The notes under the pieces were generated by a model. It was not told the DNA's origin and searched no databases. It worked only from the letters and a program-made list of their open reading frames with translations. 64,000 nucleotides of DNA from an uncultured Clostridiaceae bacterium (lineage in GTDB: Bacteria > Bacillota > Clostridia > Monoglobales > Firm-18), in NCBI GenBank assembly GCA_964573775.1, contig CAZNKU010000003.1, positions 2,997 to 66,996 on the forward strand, given 5' to 3'. Within the stretch, counting starts at the first letter, position 1. Every line of letters starts with the position of its first letter. Below are positions 9,372 to 18,804 of this stretch, piece by piece. A program made the position numbers and the translations under genes.

Positions 9372-10130
9372 TTACAACCTCACATTAATATTATTGTTTT
9401 TAAGCTCCTGCTTCAAATCCTTAATTTCCACTTCACCAAAATGGAAAATCGAAGCCGCCAATCCTGCATCAATATCAGGAATTTCGTTAAACAAATCCAC
9501 AAAGTGTTGAATACTTCCCGCACCGCCTGATGCAATAACAGGAACATTAACAACATCGTTTACAATCTTTAAAAGCTCTATGTCAAAGCCCTGCTTAACA
9601 CCGTCGGTATCGATGCTGTTTACCACAATTTCGCCTGCACCGTTCTTTTCACCCTGTTTAATCCACTCTATGGCATCCATTCCTGTGTTTTCTCTGCCAC
9701 CCTTTGCAAATACGCAGAACTTACCGTCCACGCGCTTTACATCCACGGAAAGTACAACACACTGGTCACCGTACTTTTGGGCCGCCTCGTAAATAAGCTT
9801 TGGATTTTTAATGGCACCTGAATTTACGGAAACCTTGTCGGCGCCGCATTTTAAAACTCTGTCAAAATCATCAAGTGTGTTTATGCCGCCGCCTACTGTA
9901 AGAGGGATAAATATTTTGCTTGCAACCTCTGTTAAAATATCGGTAAAAAGCTTTCTGCCCTCAAAGGATGCTGTAATGTCGTAAAACACAAGCTCGTCTG
10001 CACCGCATTGGCTGTAAAATTCAGCTAATTTTACAGGTGATGAAACATCTGCAAGCCCCAAAAAGTTTACGCCCTTTACCACTCTGCCGTCCTTTACATC
10101 AAGGCACGGAATAATTCTTTTAGTTATCAT
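9372..10130 (-). CDS. hisF: Imidazole glycerol phosphate synthase, cyclase subunit
   Basis: KRIIPCLDVKDGRVVKG start and TIM-barrel HisF motifs. Confidence 0.95.
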   Translation of the reverse strand: MITKRIIPCLDVKDGRVVKGVNFLGLADVSSPVKLAEFYSQCGADELVFYDITASFEGRKLFTDILTEVASKIFIPLTVGGGINTLDDFDRVLKCGADKVSVNSGAIKNPKLIYEAAQKYGDQCVVLSVDVKRVDGKFCVFAKGGRENTGMDAIEWIKQGEKNGAGEIVVNSIDTDGVKQGFDIELLKIVNDVVNVPVIASGGAGSIQHFVDLFNEIPDIDAGLAASIFHFGEVEIKDLKQELKNNNINVRL

Positions 10131-10840
10131 TTTGCCACCTCTATTGCTTCCTTCAAATCTATGGCATTTGTATATATTGCCTTACCAAGTATTGCACCGT
10201 ACATATTCATATTCGCAAGTGCTTTAACATCATCAATAGAAGAAACACCGCCTGATGCAATAATATCCATGCTGTATTTTTCCGAAAGATATTTATACAG
10301 TTCAAGGTTTGTACCCTGCATTGCACCGTCTTTGGAAATATCTGTGCAAATAACAGTTTTTACACCGTCCTTTTCAAGCTTTGCAAACATATCATCGCAG
10401 GATATTTCGGAAACCTCTGTCCAACCGTGAATGGCTACCATACCGTCGGAAATATCTACACCCACAGCAATTTTATCACCGTATTTTGCAATCATATCTG
10501 TTGCAAACTGTGGGTTTTTAATAGCTATTGTGCCAAGTATTACCCTCATAACACCTGCATCAATGTACTTTTTTATAACCTCTTCTGTACGGATGCCGCC
10601 GCCAACCTCAATTTTAAGGTTTGTGTTATCTGCAATCTCTTTAACTATATCATAGTTTGGATTATTGCCGTCCTTTGCACCGTCAAGGTCTACAATATGG
10701 ATGTATTTAGCACCTGCCTCCTCAAAGGATTTTGCAACCTCCAATGGATTATTGCCGTAAACTGTCATATTGTTGTAGTCACCTCGAAGAAGGCGTACCA
10801 CATTTTTATCTTTTAAATCTATTGCCGGAAAAATATTCAT
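10127..10840 (-). CDS. hisA: ProFAR isomerase
   Basis: IFPAIDLKDKNVVRL pattern. The start at 10840 (MNIFPAIDL) is preferred; the longer ORF reaches 10864. Confidence 0.9.
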   Translation of the reverse strand: MNIFPAIDLKDKNVVRLLRGDYNNMTVYGNNPLEVAKSFEEAGAKYIHIVDLDGAKDGNNPNYDIVKEIADNTNLKIEVGGGIRTEEVIKKYIDAGVMRVILGTIAIKNPQFATDMIAKYGDKIAVGVDISDGMVAIHGWTEVSEISCDDMFAKLEKDGVKTVICTDISKDGAMQGTNLELYKYLSEKYSMDIIASGGVSSIDDVKALANMNMYGAILGKAIYTNAIDLKEAIEVAK

Positions 10841-10850
10841 AACTTCACCT

Positions 10851-11471
10851 TTATTCAATTTCACAAAATGCTTTTAAAATTTTCATACCCACTTCACCGC
10901 TTTTTTCGGGGTGGAACTGTGCACCGTACACATTTTTATAGGCAACTGCCGCTGTAAGCTCTGCACCGTATTCAGTAGTGGCAATTACAGATTCGTCACA
11001 GTTTGTACCAAAATATGAATGTACAAAGTATACACAGTCATTTTCATTTATATACTTAAAAAGCTCGTTCTTTGGCTTATCCGCAGGGAAGTGCAGACCG
11101 TTCCAGCCTATGTGAGGTATTTTGTAGTTTGCAGGTACAACGCCCTCCATAGATACAATGTCACCTTTTATAAGCCCCAAGCCTTTATGCTCACCGTATT
11201 CAAAGCTGCGTTCAAAAAGCATCTGCATACCAAGGCATATGCCAAGCAGGGGCTTTCCGTTTTTAACCTCTTCCACTACCACATCTGCAAGACCACTTTC
11301 GTAAAGCTTTTTAGCCGCATCTGCAAAAGCACCTACACCTGGAAGTATAATTTTATCTGCCTTTTTAATTTCTTCAGGGTCAGATGTCAAAATAACCTCT
11401 GCACCAATGTATTTAAAGGAGCTGTAAAGAGAAAAAATATTACCTACTCCATAATCTACTATTGCAATCAT
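10851..11471 (-). CDS. hisH: Imidazole glycerol phosphate synthase, glutaminase subunit
   Basis: MIAIVDYGVGN start, the nucleophile Cys in GICLGMQ, and the HPEKS motif. Confidence 0.9.
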   Translation of the reverse strand: MIAIVDYGVGNIFSLYSSFKYIGAEVILTSDPEEIKKADKIILPGVGAFADAAKKLYESGLADVVVEEVKNGKPLLGICLGMQMLFERSFEYGEHKGLGLIKGDIVSMEGVVPANYKIPHIGWNGLHFPADKPKNELFKYINENDCVYFVHSYFGTNCDESVIATTEYGAELTAAVAYKNVYGAQFHPEKSGEVGMKILKAFCEIE

Positions 11472-12058
11472 TATAAAACTCCTTTAGTTGATGGTATCTC
11501 GTTTTTAAATTCCTCATCAATTTTTACAGCCTTTGCCATAGTTCTGCCCAAAACCTTGAACATACCCTCTATAATGTGGTGAGAATTTTTGCCGGCCATT
11601 TGTTTAAAGTGCAAAGTAACATTTGCGTTTCTTACAAATCCAAACATAAATTCCGAAACAAGCTCTGTATCAAAATCCCCAACCTTTGAAGTTGGAATTT
11701 CAACGTCGTATCCAAGATAATCTCTGCCGGAAATATCCACGGCACAAAGTATCAACGCTTCATCCATTGGAAGTATTATATCACCGTAGCGGATAATACC
11801 ACGCATATCACCCAAGGCATCTGCAAAAGCCTTACCCAAGGCTATACCAATGTCCTCAACCGTGTGGTGATAATCCACCTCAATGTCACCGTCACATTTA
11901 ACATCAAGGTCAAATCTGCCGTGCTTTGCAAAAAGTGTCAGCATATGGTCTAAAAATCCACACTTTGTATCAATATTGCTTTTGCCTGTACCGTCAAGAT
12001 TCAAGGAAAGCTTAATGTCTGTTTCCGCAGTTTTTCTTATAATTTCACTTGTTCTCAT
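11471..12058 (-). CDS. hisB: Imidazoleglycerol-phosphate dehydratase
   Basis: RKTAETDI.. and DxHHxxE motifs (DYHHTVED). The ATG at 12058 follows a GAGGGTGA RBS. Confidence 0.9.
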   Translation of the reverse strand: MRTSEIIRKTAETDIKLSLNLDGTGKSNIDTKCGFLDHMLTLFAKHGRFDLDVKCDGDIEVDYHHTVEDIGIALGKAFADALGDMRGIIRYGDIILPMDEALILCAVDISGRDYLGYDVEIPTSKVGDFDTELVSEFMFGFVRNANVTLHFKQMAGKNSHHIIEGMFKVLGRTMAKAVKIDEEFKNEIPSTKGVL

Positions 12059-12062
12059 AAAT

Positions 12063-13124
12063 TCACCCTCTGACAATTTCAGTTATTTTTTCAATAAATA
12101 TTTTCATCTGCTCACATGAGCCGATTGTTATTCTGTTATACTGGCAAATACGCTCATTTGTAAAATGACGTACCAAAATGCCTTTGGCCTTTAATTCATC
12201 ATAAATCTTTTGACCGTCAAAATCAGGATGCTTTGCAAAAATAAAGTTTGTTTTTGAATCTATAACCTCAAAGCCAAGCCTTTCAAGCTCTTTGGTTGTG
12301 TACTCTCTTGTATTGCAGATTTTTTTGCAGTTTTCCATGTAATAATCGTTGGAATCCACCGCAGCCTCACCTGCAACCATTGTAAGTCTGTTTATGTTAT
12401 ATGGATTTGTGGAATACTTAATTTTTTCCAAGTCTTCTATAATACCTTCGGAAGCTATTGCAAACCCAAGTCTTGCACCTGCCATACTGCGTGACTTTGA
12501 AAAAGTTTGTACAACCAAAAGGTTGTCATATTTTTTTGTTAGTTTGTATGCACTCTCTCCACCAAAGTCTACATATGCCTCGTCAATAAGTACTACGTTA
12601 TCAGGATTATTCTTTATAACCTCTTCAATTGCATCCAAAGGAAGATTTAACCCTGTTGGAGCATTAGGATTTGCTATCACAACCATACCTTTTGCATTAA
12701 AATACTTTTTATAGTCTATCGAAAAGTCATTTTCAAGCGGCAAGGCTGTATACTTTACACCATGTAGTTCTGCAAATACCTTATAGAATCCATAGGTAAT
12801 ATCAGGAAACAAAGCTTGCTTACCATCACCGCAAAAAGCCATAAACGCAAAGTTTAAAATATCATCAGACCCATTTGCAAGATATATGTTCTTTTCAGTT
12901 ACGCCATGTAAAGCCGCAAGCTTTACTTTAAGCTTTTTAGCCTCAGGGTCGGGATAAAGCTTCAAAAGCTCAACCTCACTTTTATTTATAGCCTCCAGCA
13001 CCTCTTTTGAAGGAGGATACGGAGATTCATTGGTATTTAGTTTTATATACTCCATATCCTTTGGCTGTTCACCGGGGGTATAGGCTTCCAAATTTTTATA
13101 TTTAGAATTAAAAAATCTACTCAT
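12063..13124 (-). CDS. hisC: Histidinol-phosphate aminotransferase
   Basis: 353-aa class-II aminotransferase. The PLP Lys lies in the TFSKS context, and the gene is in the his operon. Confidence 0.9.
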   Translation of the reverse strand: MSRFFNSKYKNLEAYTPGEQPKDMEYIKLNTNESPYPPSKEVLEAINKSEVELLKLYPDPEAKKLKVKLAALHGVTEKNIYLANGSDDILNFAFMAFCGDGKQALFPDITYGFYKVFAELHGVKYTALPLENDFSIDYKKYFNAKGMVVIANPNAPTGLNLPLDAIEEVIKNNPDNVVLIDEAYVDFGGESAYKLTKKYDNLLVVQTFSKSRSMAGARLGFAIASEGIIEDLEKIKYSTNPYNINRLTMVAGEAAVDSNDYYMENCKKICNTREYTTKELERLGFEVIDSKTNFIFAKHPDFDGQKIYDELKAKGILVRHFTNERICQYNRITIGSCEQMKIFIEKITEIVRG

Positions 13125-14404
13125 TAATTTTCATCCTCAAATCGTATTGTAGCACTTTTAGCGTGTGCAGACAAGCCTTCTTTTTCTGCAAAGTATGCTA
13201 TGTCGTCTGCCACCTTTGAAAGGGCATCTTTTGTATAATAAGTATACTGTGTTTTCTTCACAAAATCATCTACCGAAAGGGGACTTGAAAATCTTGCTGT
13301 ACCGCTTGTAGGCAGTGTGTGGTTAGGTCCTGCAAAGTAGTCACCCAAAGCCTCAGGGCAATATTTACCCATAAATATTGAGCCTGCATGCTTAATGCTG
13401 TCAAGGTAATCAAACGGATTATCAACACAAAGCTCTAAATGTTCAGGAGCAATTTCGTTAGCAATATCTATAACGCATTTTATATCGTCTGCAACAATAA
13501 TTTTACCGTTGTTATCTATTGATGCTCTTGCAATCTCACATCTTGGGAGCATCGGTATCTGTCTTTCAAGTTCAGCACTTACAGCCTTTGCAAAGTCCAT
13601 ATTGTCTGTAACTAAAACAGCACTTGCCATTTTGTCGTGCTCCGCCTGTGAAAGCAAATCTGCCGCTACATATTTGGGGTTGCAGGTGTTGTCTGCAACA
13701 ACAAGTATTTCACTTGGTCCTGCAATCATATCAATTGATACAATGCCGAATACCTGTTTTTTAGCCTCTGCAACAAATGCGTTACCAGGACCTACAATTT
13801 TATCAACCTTTGGTATACTTTCAGTACCGTAAGCAAGTGCCGCAACCGCCTGGGCACCGCCTACCTTGAATATTTTATCAACTCCTGCAATTTTAGCGGC
13901 AGTAAGTATTACAGGGTTAACCTTGCCATCCTTCATGGGAGGTGTAACCATTACAATTTCACTGCAGCCTGCAATTTTGGCAGGAATACTGTCCATCAGC
14001 ACTGTTGACGGATAAGCCGCTGTACCACCAGGCACATATAAGCCTACCTTTTCAACGGGTATAACCTTTTGCCCAATAACAACGCCGTTTGTTTCGCTTA
14101 TAATAAAGCTGTTGCGTACCTGACGCTTGTGGAAGTTACGGATATTACAAGCCGCATCCTCTAAAATTCTTACAAATTCTGCGTCCATAGACTTGTATGC
14201 TTCCTCTATTTCTGCATCTGTAACCCGCAAGGTGTCAAGCTTTACACCGTCAAACTTCTCGCAGTAGCCCTTTACAGCCTCATCCTTACGTTCTATAACG
14301 TTTTTAATGATGTCAGCAACAACATCCTCAATATTTGTCTTCATATTAACACGGGCAAAAATTTCGCTGTTCGGAACCTCACCGTATTTCATTATTTTAA
14401 TCAT
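13124..14404 (-). CDS. hisD: Histidinol dehydrogenase
   Basis: HisD motifs are present (GPGNAFVAEAK, SQAEHD). The start at 14404 overlaps the hisG stop in an ATGATTAA junction; the ORF track extends to 14449. Confidence 0.9.
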   Translation of the reverse strand: MIKIMKYGEVPNSEIFARVNMKTNIEDVVADIIKNVIERKDEAVKGYCEKFDGVKLDTLRVTDAEIEEAYKSMDAEFVRILEDAACNIRNFHKRQVRNSFIISETNGVVIGQKVIPVEKVGLYVPGGTAAYPSTVLMDSIPAKIAGCSEIVMVTPPMKDGKVNPVILTAAKIAGVDKIFKVGGAQAVAALAYGTESIPKVDKIVGPGNAFVAEAKKQVFGIVSIDMIAGPSEILVVADNTCNPKYVAADLLSQAEHDKMASAVLVTDNMDFAKAVSAELERQIPMLPRCEIARASIDNNGKIIVADDIKCVIDIANEIAPEHLELCVDNPFDYLDSIKHAGSIFMGKYCPEALGDYFAGPNHTLPTSGTARFSSPLSVDDFVKKTQYTYYTKDALSKVADDIAYFAEKEGLSAHAKSATIRFEDEN

Positions 14405-15029
14405 TTTTATCAACCACCTGTTGTTCCAATCCTGTACGGATTTTTTCAATCATTTCATTTTTAAACTTAAAGCTTGATTTGTTGGCAATTAGTCTTGCAC
14501 TTATGGGCACAATGTCTGTAAATGGCTTTAAGTCATTTTCAAGTAGAGTTTTTCCTGTTTCTACAATATCGACTATAACGTCTGAAAGGTCAAGTATAGG
14601 TGCAATTTCAATTGAGCCGTTAAGCTTTATAATGTCAATATCACGGCCTATGCCTGCATAGTAATTTTTTGCAATATTAGTAAACTTTGTTGCTACACGA
14701 AGTGTTCTGTCCGTGTTGTCACGGAAGTCGCATTTAGCGGCAACAGCCATACGGCATTTACCGATATTAAGGTCAAGAAGTTCATACACATCGGGTTCGT
14801 ATTCAAGCAAAATATCTTTACCTGCAACGCCAATGTCTGCCGCACCACGTTCAACATAAATTGCAACGTCGGAAGGCTTAACCCAAAAATATCTTACGCC
14901 AACTTCTTCATTTTCAAAAATAAGCTTTCTGTTATTTTCCTTTATAGACGGACATTCAAAACCCGACTTTTCAAACATATCATACACCTTTTCACCAAGT
15001 CTGCCCTTGGGAAGTGCAACATTAATCAT
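14397..15029 (-). CDS. hisG: ATP phosphoribosyltransferase, short form
   Basis: ALPKGRL start pattern and about 210 aa short form, paired with hisZ. The start at 15029 overlaps the hisZ stop (ATGATTAA). Confidence 0.9.
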   Translation of the reverse strand: MINVALPKGRLGEKVYDMFEKSGFECPSIKENNRKLIFENEEVGVRYFWVKPSDVAIYVERGAADIGVAGKDILLEYEPDVYELLDLNIGKCRMAVAAKCDFRDNTDRTLRVATKFTNIAKNYYAGIGRDIDIIKLNGSIEIAPILDLSDVIVDIVETGKTLLENDLKPFTDIVPISARLIANKSSFKFKNEMIEKIRTGLEQQVVDKND

Positions 15030-16131
15030 TGTTTTCAAGGATTTCAAACCCCCTGTCCTTTAAACTTATAAGCTGTCTGTATTTCAAATTTTCAGGAATA
15101 GCCTTTACAGCAAGCACACTGTTGCCGTTGTCGGTAAACATCTTAATCAAGTTTGCAATGTTCACCTCGTCAGCACCTGTGTTGTACAGCAACACTGTAT
15201 CAACATCGTATTTCTTTACATCTTCGTTTAATCTCTCTAACATATCAAGATACACTGCAAAGCCTATTGCACCGCATTTTCTGCCCATTTTAGCCATCAG
15301 CTTGTCATACTGACCGCCAGAAAGTATACCTGTGGGAATACCCTCCACAAAACCACGGAAAACAATACCGCTGTAATAATTCATATCATTAACTATTGAA
15401 AAATCAAGGTTAATGCACTTATCAAAGCCCTCGTGCTTCATAAATGAATTTATCTTTTCAAGTTCGGAAAGTGCAACCTCAAAACCGCAGTTCATCTGTT
15501 TCAATTTATCAATAACAGTATCAAGACTGCCGTATGTAGAAACCAAAGCAACGATGTTTTCGCAACCTGCACCATATTCGTCACATATCTTTTTAATGTC
15601 GTGTGTATTCTTTTCGCCTATACATTTTAAAATTTCTGCCTTTGCATCATCAGGTACATCAATACCATCTAAAACTGCTGAAACAACACCCATATGTGAA
15701 ATATCAAGTACAAAGCTGTCACTTATGGCATTAAGACTCTTAGCTGCCAAAGCCACAACCTCACATATATTGAATGTATCTATGTCACCAACACATTCAA
15801 GACCTGTCTGCATAATTTCCTTGAATGTATGTGTACCCTTTGAAACACGGTATACGTTTTCATTATAATACACTTTTTGCACACTGTTTTTTATATCCTG
15901 AGTATTTTTTATAATGGATAAAGTAACGTCAGGCTTTAGTGCCAACAGCTTGCCGTTTGTATCGTTAAAAGTAATAATACTGTCGGAAACCAAAAAGTCC
16001 TTGTTTTTAACATACAGGTCATATTCTTCAAACTTACTCATTTTATATTGAACAAACCCATATTTTTCATATAGCGAACGAAGCTCAAAAATAGCTTTTT
16101 CATCAGTTTTCAAAACATTTGCGTAGTTCAT
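15022..16131 (-). CDS. hisZ: ATP phosphoribosyltransferase regulatory subunit
   Basis: HisRS-like paralog lacking an anticodon domain, located directly upstream of the short hisG. The ATG at 16131 follows an AAGGGTGA RBS; the track start at 16140 is a GTG. Confidence 0.85.
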   Translation of the reverse strand: MNYANVLKTDEKAIFELRSLYEKYGFVQYKMSKFEEYDLYVKNKDFLVSDSIITFNDTNGKLLALKPDVTLSIIKNTQDIKNSVQKVYYNENVYRVSKGTHTFKEIMQTGLECVGDIDTFNICEVVALAAKSLNAISDSFVLDISHMGVVSAVLDGIDVPDDAKAEILKCIGEKNTHDIKKICDEYGAGCENIVALVSTYGSLDTVIDKLKQMNCGFEVALSELEKINSFMKHEGFDKCINLDFSIVNDMNYYSGIVFRGFVEGIPTGILSGGQYDKLMAKMGRKCGAIGFAVYLDMLERLNEDVKKYDVDTVLLYNTGADEVNIANLIKMFTDNGNSVLAVKAIPENLKYRQLISLKDRGFEILENND

Positions 16132-16132
16132 A

Positions 16133-16420
16133 TTATTCACCCTTTATTCGTTCTAAAATTTCCTTATATCCGCCTGTACCATACATAAGGCACTTGTTAA
16201 CACGGCTTATGGTAGCACTGCTTGCACCTGTAATTTTAGCAATTTCGCTATATACCTTACCTTCGGAAAGTAATCTTGCAACATCCATACGCTGTGCAAG
16301 GTCCTGCATTTCCTTAATGGTGCAGATATCTTCAAAAAATTTGTAGCAATCCTCAATATTTTCAAGGGATAAAACAGCCTTGAAGAAATAATCCATATCT
16401 TTTGAATGCCCAATACCCAT
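16133..16420 (-). CDS. YerC/YecD (TrpR-like) family DNA-binding protein, candidate histidine-operon regulator
   Basis: 95 aa. The pattern C..FF.DICT..E...L.QR..VA..L..G..Y..I...TGAS.ATISRV is typical of YerC/YecD. It is translationally adjacent to hisZ. Confidence 0.7.
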   Translation of the reverse strand: MGIGHSKDMDYFFKAVLSLENIEDCYKFFEDICTIKEMQDLAQRMDVARLLSEGKVYSEIAKITGASSATISRVNKCLMYGTGGYKEILERIKGE

Positions 16421-16476
16421 ATCAAATACTTCCTTTACTTATATTTATAACTTTCACTTTTAACTTTCACTTTCAC

Positions 16477-16505
16477 ATTTTACCACACTAAAGTGCTAAA
16501 GTCAA
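16477..16505 (-). promoter_or_regulatory. Sigma-A-type promoter of the yerC-his operon
   Basis: On the minus strand, TTGACT is followed by 17 nt and then TAAAAT, about 60 nt upstream of the yerC-like start. Confidence 0.45.
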
Positions 16506-16520
16506 TATAAAAACCATAAA

Positions 16521-16556
16521 AAAAGCGATATCGTCAACTTTTTAGACGATATCGCC
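16521..16556 (-). terminator. Rho-independent terminator of the SLH protein gene
   Basis: Minus-strand hairpin GGCGATATCGTC..GACGATATCGC followed by TTTTTTT. Confidence 0.65.
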
Positions 16557-16564
16557 AATAGATA

Positions 16565-18199
16565 TTACTTTACGTAGTCAATTGTTGTAAATTTTGCATT
16601 ATTTGCAGGAATTGATGTACCGTTAAACTTTGCACCTGTTGCCAAAGTCATATACATTACAGGCAATTCCTTAAGGTCAGGCTTTTCACCCTTCACAATA
16701 TCAGGGAATATTTCATCAAATGACTTTGTATCATCAAAAGCCATAGTTGAAACTCTAACCTTCATAACGTAGCCGTTTTCAGTTTCACATACCAAAGACG
16801 GATAGAAAGTAACAGATGCATAAATACCTGCTTCAAGCATATTGTACTGTAAATTTTCAATAAAGAATTCAAAAAGGTCTTTGTGGTCGCGTGCAAATTC
16901 AAAAGTATCCTTTGTTGAAGATGTAGCAGCATTACCGTCAACATCTATAAAATCAGAATGATAAACAGCATTAGGAACATCCTTTAAAATCATATTGAAC
17001 TTGTCGCTGTTATTAGGATAGTTAAGAATTTCTGTTCTTATAGGTGTATCAATTTCAGCACTTATATCAAGATTTACAACAAGCGCAGAGTTAAAACCGC
17101 CAAGCATATCAAGCTGAGTCAAAATCAAGGCAAGGTTTTTACCTGTAAGCTCCTGATTAGGATAAATGTTGTCTGAGTTATCAAGTCTTATACCATTTTT
17201 ATGTGCCCCGGAAACACAAACATTCATGGTACTGTTATCAACAGCTTTTACGTCAGCATAAAAATCGTTTGTTGAACCGTCAATCAATGATTTGTATGAC
17301 TTGTTATGCATTACAAAAGTGAAAAGTGCAACTGCATCAAGGTTTGTAGCCTTTGCATCATAGAATGCTTCAGTCATTTTATCCTCACCCCATACGTGAT
17401 TACAAGCCGCACTGAAAGCAAGTACATTTGAACGATTAAAAGGAATTTCTACTGTAACACCGTCAAACATAGGTAGCGATGTTCCATACAAAAGCTGCAT
17501 TGCATAACCTGCAAGCTCACCGTTTGTATATGTTTTATCGGGATTATATTCACCAAGGAAACCCATACCCTCGTAAACATTTTCAACAATATCACTGTTT
17601 ACTGTTGAAGCAAAATCTTTTTTAGAACCTGCATCAACTGTTCTTGAACGACAAATTAAAGCCGCGGCCTCTGCACGTGTAACACCGTCGGAAAGACGCA
17701 TTGTAACACCGTCATCACCTGTCATAATACCGTAAGCATATGCCCATGCCGCAGCTTCAGGCTTTGCAGACTGATTTGTAATAACACCTGGTGCATAAGC
17801 CTTTGGAGAACCTGCACGTTTCCATAAAAGACGAATAACATCATCACGTGTAATTGCTACGTCAGGGTTAAACTTTGTACCCTCAACATCCATATCGGAA
17901 TACATTATGTAGTCATAAGCCCAATGACCTGAAATATCTTCAAAAGGTGTAGAAAATGACTTGTCTGTCATACCAATCATTTTTACAAATTCAGCACGTG
18001 TAACATTGGAATTAGGGCGGAAAGTGCCGTCCTGATAACCGTTTATTGTGCCATCACCAACAAGGGTCTGTACGTAAGAGTATGCCCAGTGGTTTGTTGA
18101 AAGGTCTGAAAAAGACCTGTCCGCATTAACTATGGTAACTGTACCCAAGGTAAGTACAAATACCAAAAGTAAGGATAAAATTTTTGTGAAATTCTTCAT
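16565..18199 (-). CDS. SLH-domain cell-surface protein
   Basis: Signal peptide, then three S-layer-homology repeats (FSDL..HWAY.Y...L...G...GY.DGTFRP....TRAEF). Confidence 0.8.
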   Translation of the reverse strand: MKNFTKILSLLLVFVLTLGTVTIVNADRSFSDLSTNHWAYSYVQTLVGDGTINGYQDGTFRPNSNVTRAEFVKMIGMTDKSFSTPFEDISGHWAYDYIMYSDMDVEGTKFNPDVAITRDDVIRLLWKRAGSPKAYAPGVITNQSAKPEAAAWAYAYGIMTGDDGVTMRLSDGVTRAEAAALICRSRTVDAGSKKDFASTVNSDIVENVYEGMGFLGEYNPDKTYTNGELAGYAMQLLYGTSLPMFDGVTVEIPFNRSNVLAFSAACNHVWGEDKMTEAFYDAKATNLDAVALFTFVMHNKSYKSLIDGSTNDFYADVKAVDNSTMNVCVSGAHKNGIRLDNSDNIYPNQELTGKNLALILTQLDMLGGFNSALVVNLDISAEIDTPIRTEILNYPNNSDKFNMILKDVPNAVYHSDFIDVDGNAATSSTKDTFEFARDHKDLFEFFIENLQYNMLEAGIYASVTFYPSLVCETENGYVMKVRVSTMAFDDTKSFDEIFPDIVKGEKPDLKELPVMYMTLATGAKFNGTSIPANNAKFTTIDYVK

Positions 18200-18252
18200 T
18201 TCTTTTTCCTCCGTTTGTTAATATATTATTTTATATTGTTTACAATCTCATT

Positions 18253-18280
18253 GCGGTACGTCGAAATCGCCGTACCCTAC
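18253..18280 (-). repeat. REP unit flanking the 3' end of RAYT-1
   Basis: The minus strand reads GTAGGGTACGGCGATTTCGACGTACCGC. The TAG of GTAG is the stop codon of RAYT-1. Confidence 0.8.
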
Positions 18281-18801
18281 ATATTATAAAAACAGTCCTG
18301 TTTCCATTTCAAAACATTTGTATCTATGTATTCCCAAATTTTACGGTAATCCTCATCACCGCGTATTATGTGATCGTGGAATGATGATTGGAATAATTGC
18401 CTTTCTTCCAAACCCCTTTTTCTGCACAACCTTGTTGTTATAGATTTAAATGCACATATAACATCGGAAATTGTAGGGCAGGGGCTTGCTCCTGCCGCCA
18501 TTTCATAATTAGAAATCAAAACATGTATGTGATTTGGCATAATAACATATTTTTCTATTTTAATTCCTTTATAACGTTCTTCCAATAATTCTATTTGCTT
18601 TCTTGCAATATCTCCATATTTTGTTAATATGTTTTCGGCAGGAGCAAGCCCCTGCCCTACGATTATATTTGACAATATACATTTTCTGTCCTTTACACAT
18701 ATTGTAACAAAATATGTTCCGGGTGTTGAGTAATCATAATTTTTTAATCTTGTAGACTTTCTATTTGGGAGTTCATTTACCATATAATTACCTGTTTTCA
18801 A
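18277..18801 (-). CDS. REP-associated tyrosine transposase (RAYT, IS200/IS605-like Y1 HUH family), copy 1
   Basis: HUH motif PNHIHVLI, a C-terminal Tyr-helix (YRKIWEYIDTNVLKW), and an N-terminus RLKNYDYSTPGTYFVTICVKDR. The likely start is M7 at 18783. Confidence 0.8.
   Translation of the reverse strand: MKTGNYMVNELPNRKSTRLKNYDYSTPGTYFVTICVKDRKCILSNIIVGQGLAPAENILTKYGDIARKQIELLEERYKGIKIEKYVIMPNHIHVLISNYEMAAGASPCPTISDVICAFKSITTRLCRKRGLEERQLFQSSFHDHIIRGDEDYRKIWEYIDTNVLKWKQDCFYNM
18473..18497 (+). repeat. REP unit inside the RAYT-1 ORF
   Basis: GTAGGGCAGGGGCTTGCTCCTGCCG. It encodes ..AAGASPCPT.. on the minus strand. Confidence 0.8.
18636..18660 (-). repeat. REP unit inside the RAYT-1 ORF (inverted partner)
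   Basis: CGGCAGGAGCAAGCCCCTGCCCTAC on the plus strand. It encodes ..VGQGLAPA... Confidence 0.8.
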
Positions 18802-18804
18802 ATA

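Noticed and set aside
16207-16425. 72-aa ORF overlapping the yerC-like gene in another frame
   Set aside because: The alternative frame of 16133..16420 carries the recognisable YerC/TrpR-like motif, while this frame has none.
16421-16564. T-box or other riboswitch leader for the his operon (checked likewise upstream of argS and cysK)
   Set aside because: The intergenic regions are too short (about 90-145 nt) and lack specifier, T-box or antiterminator features.
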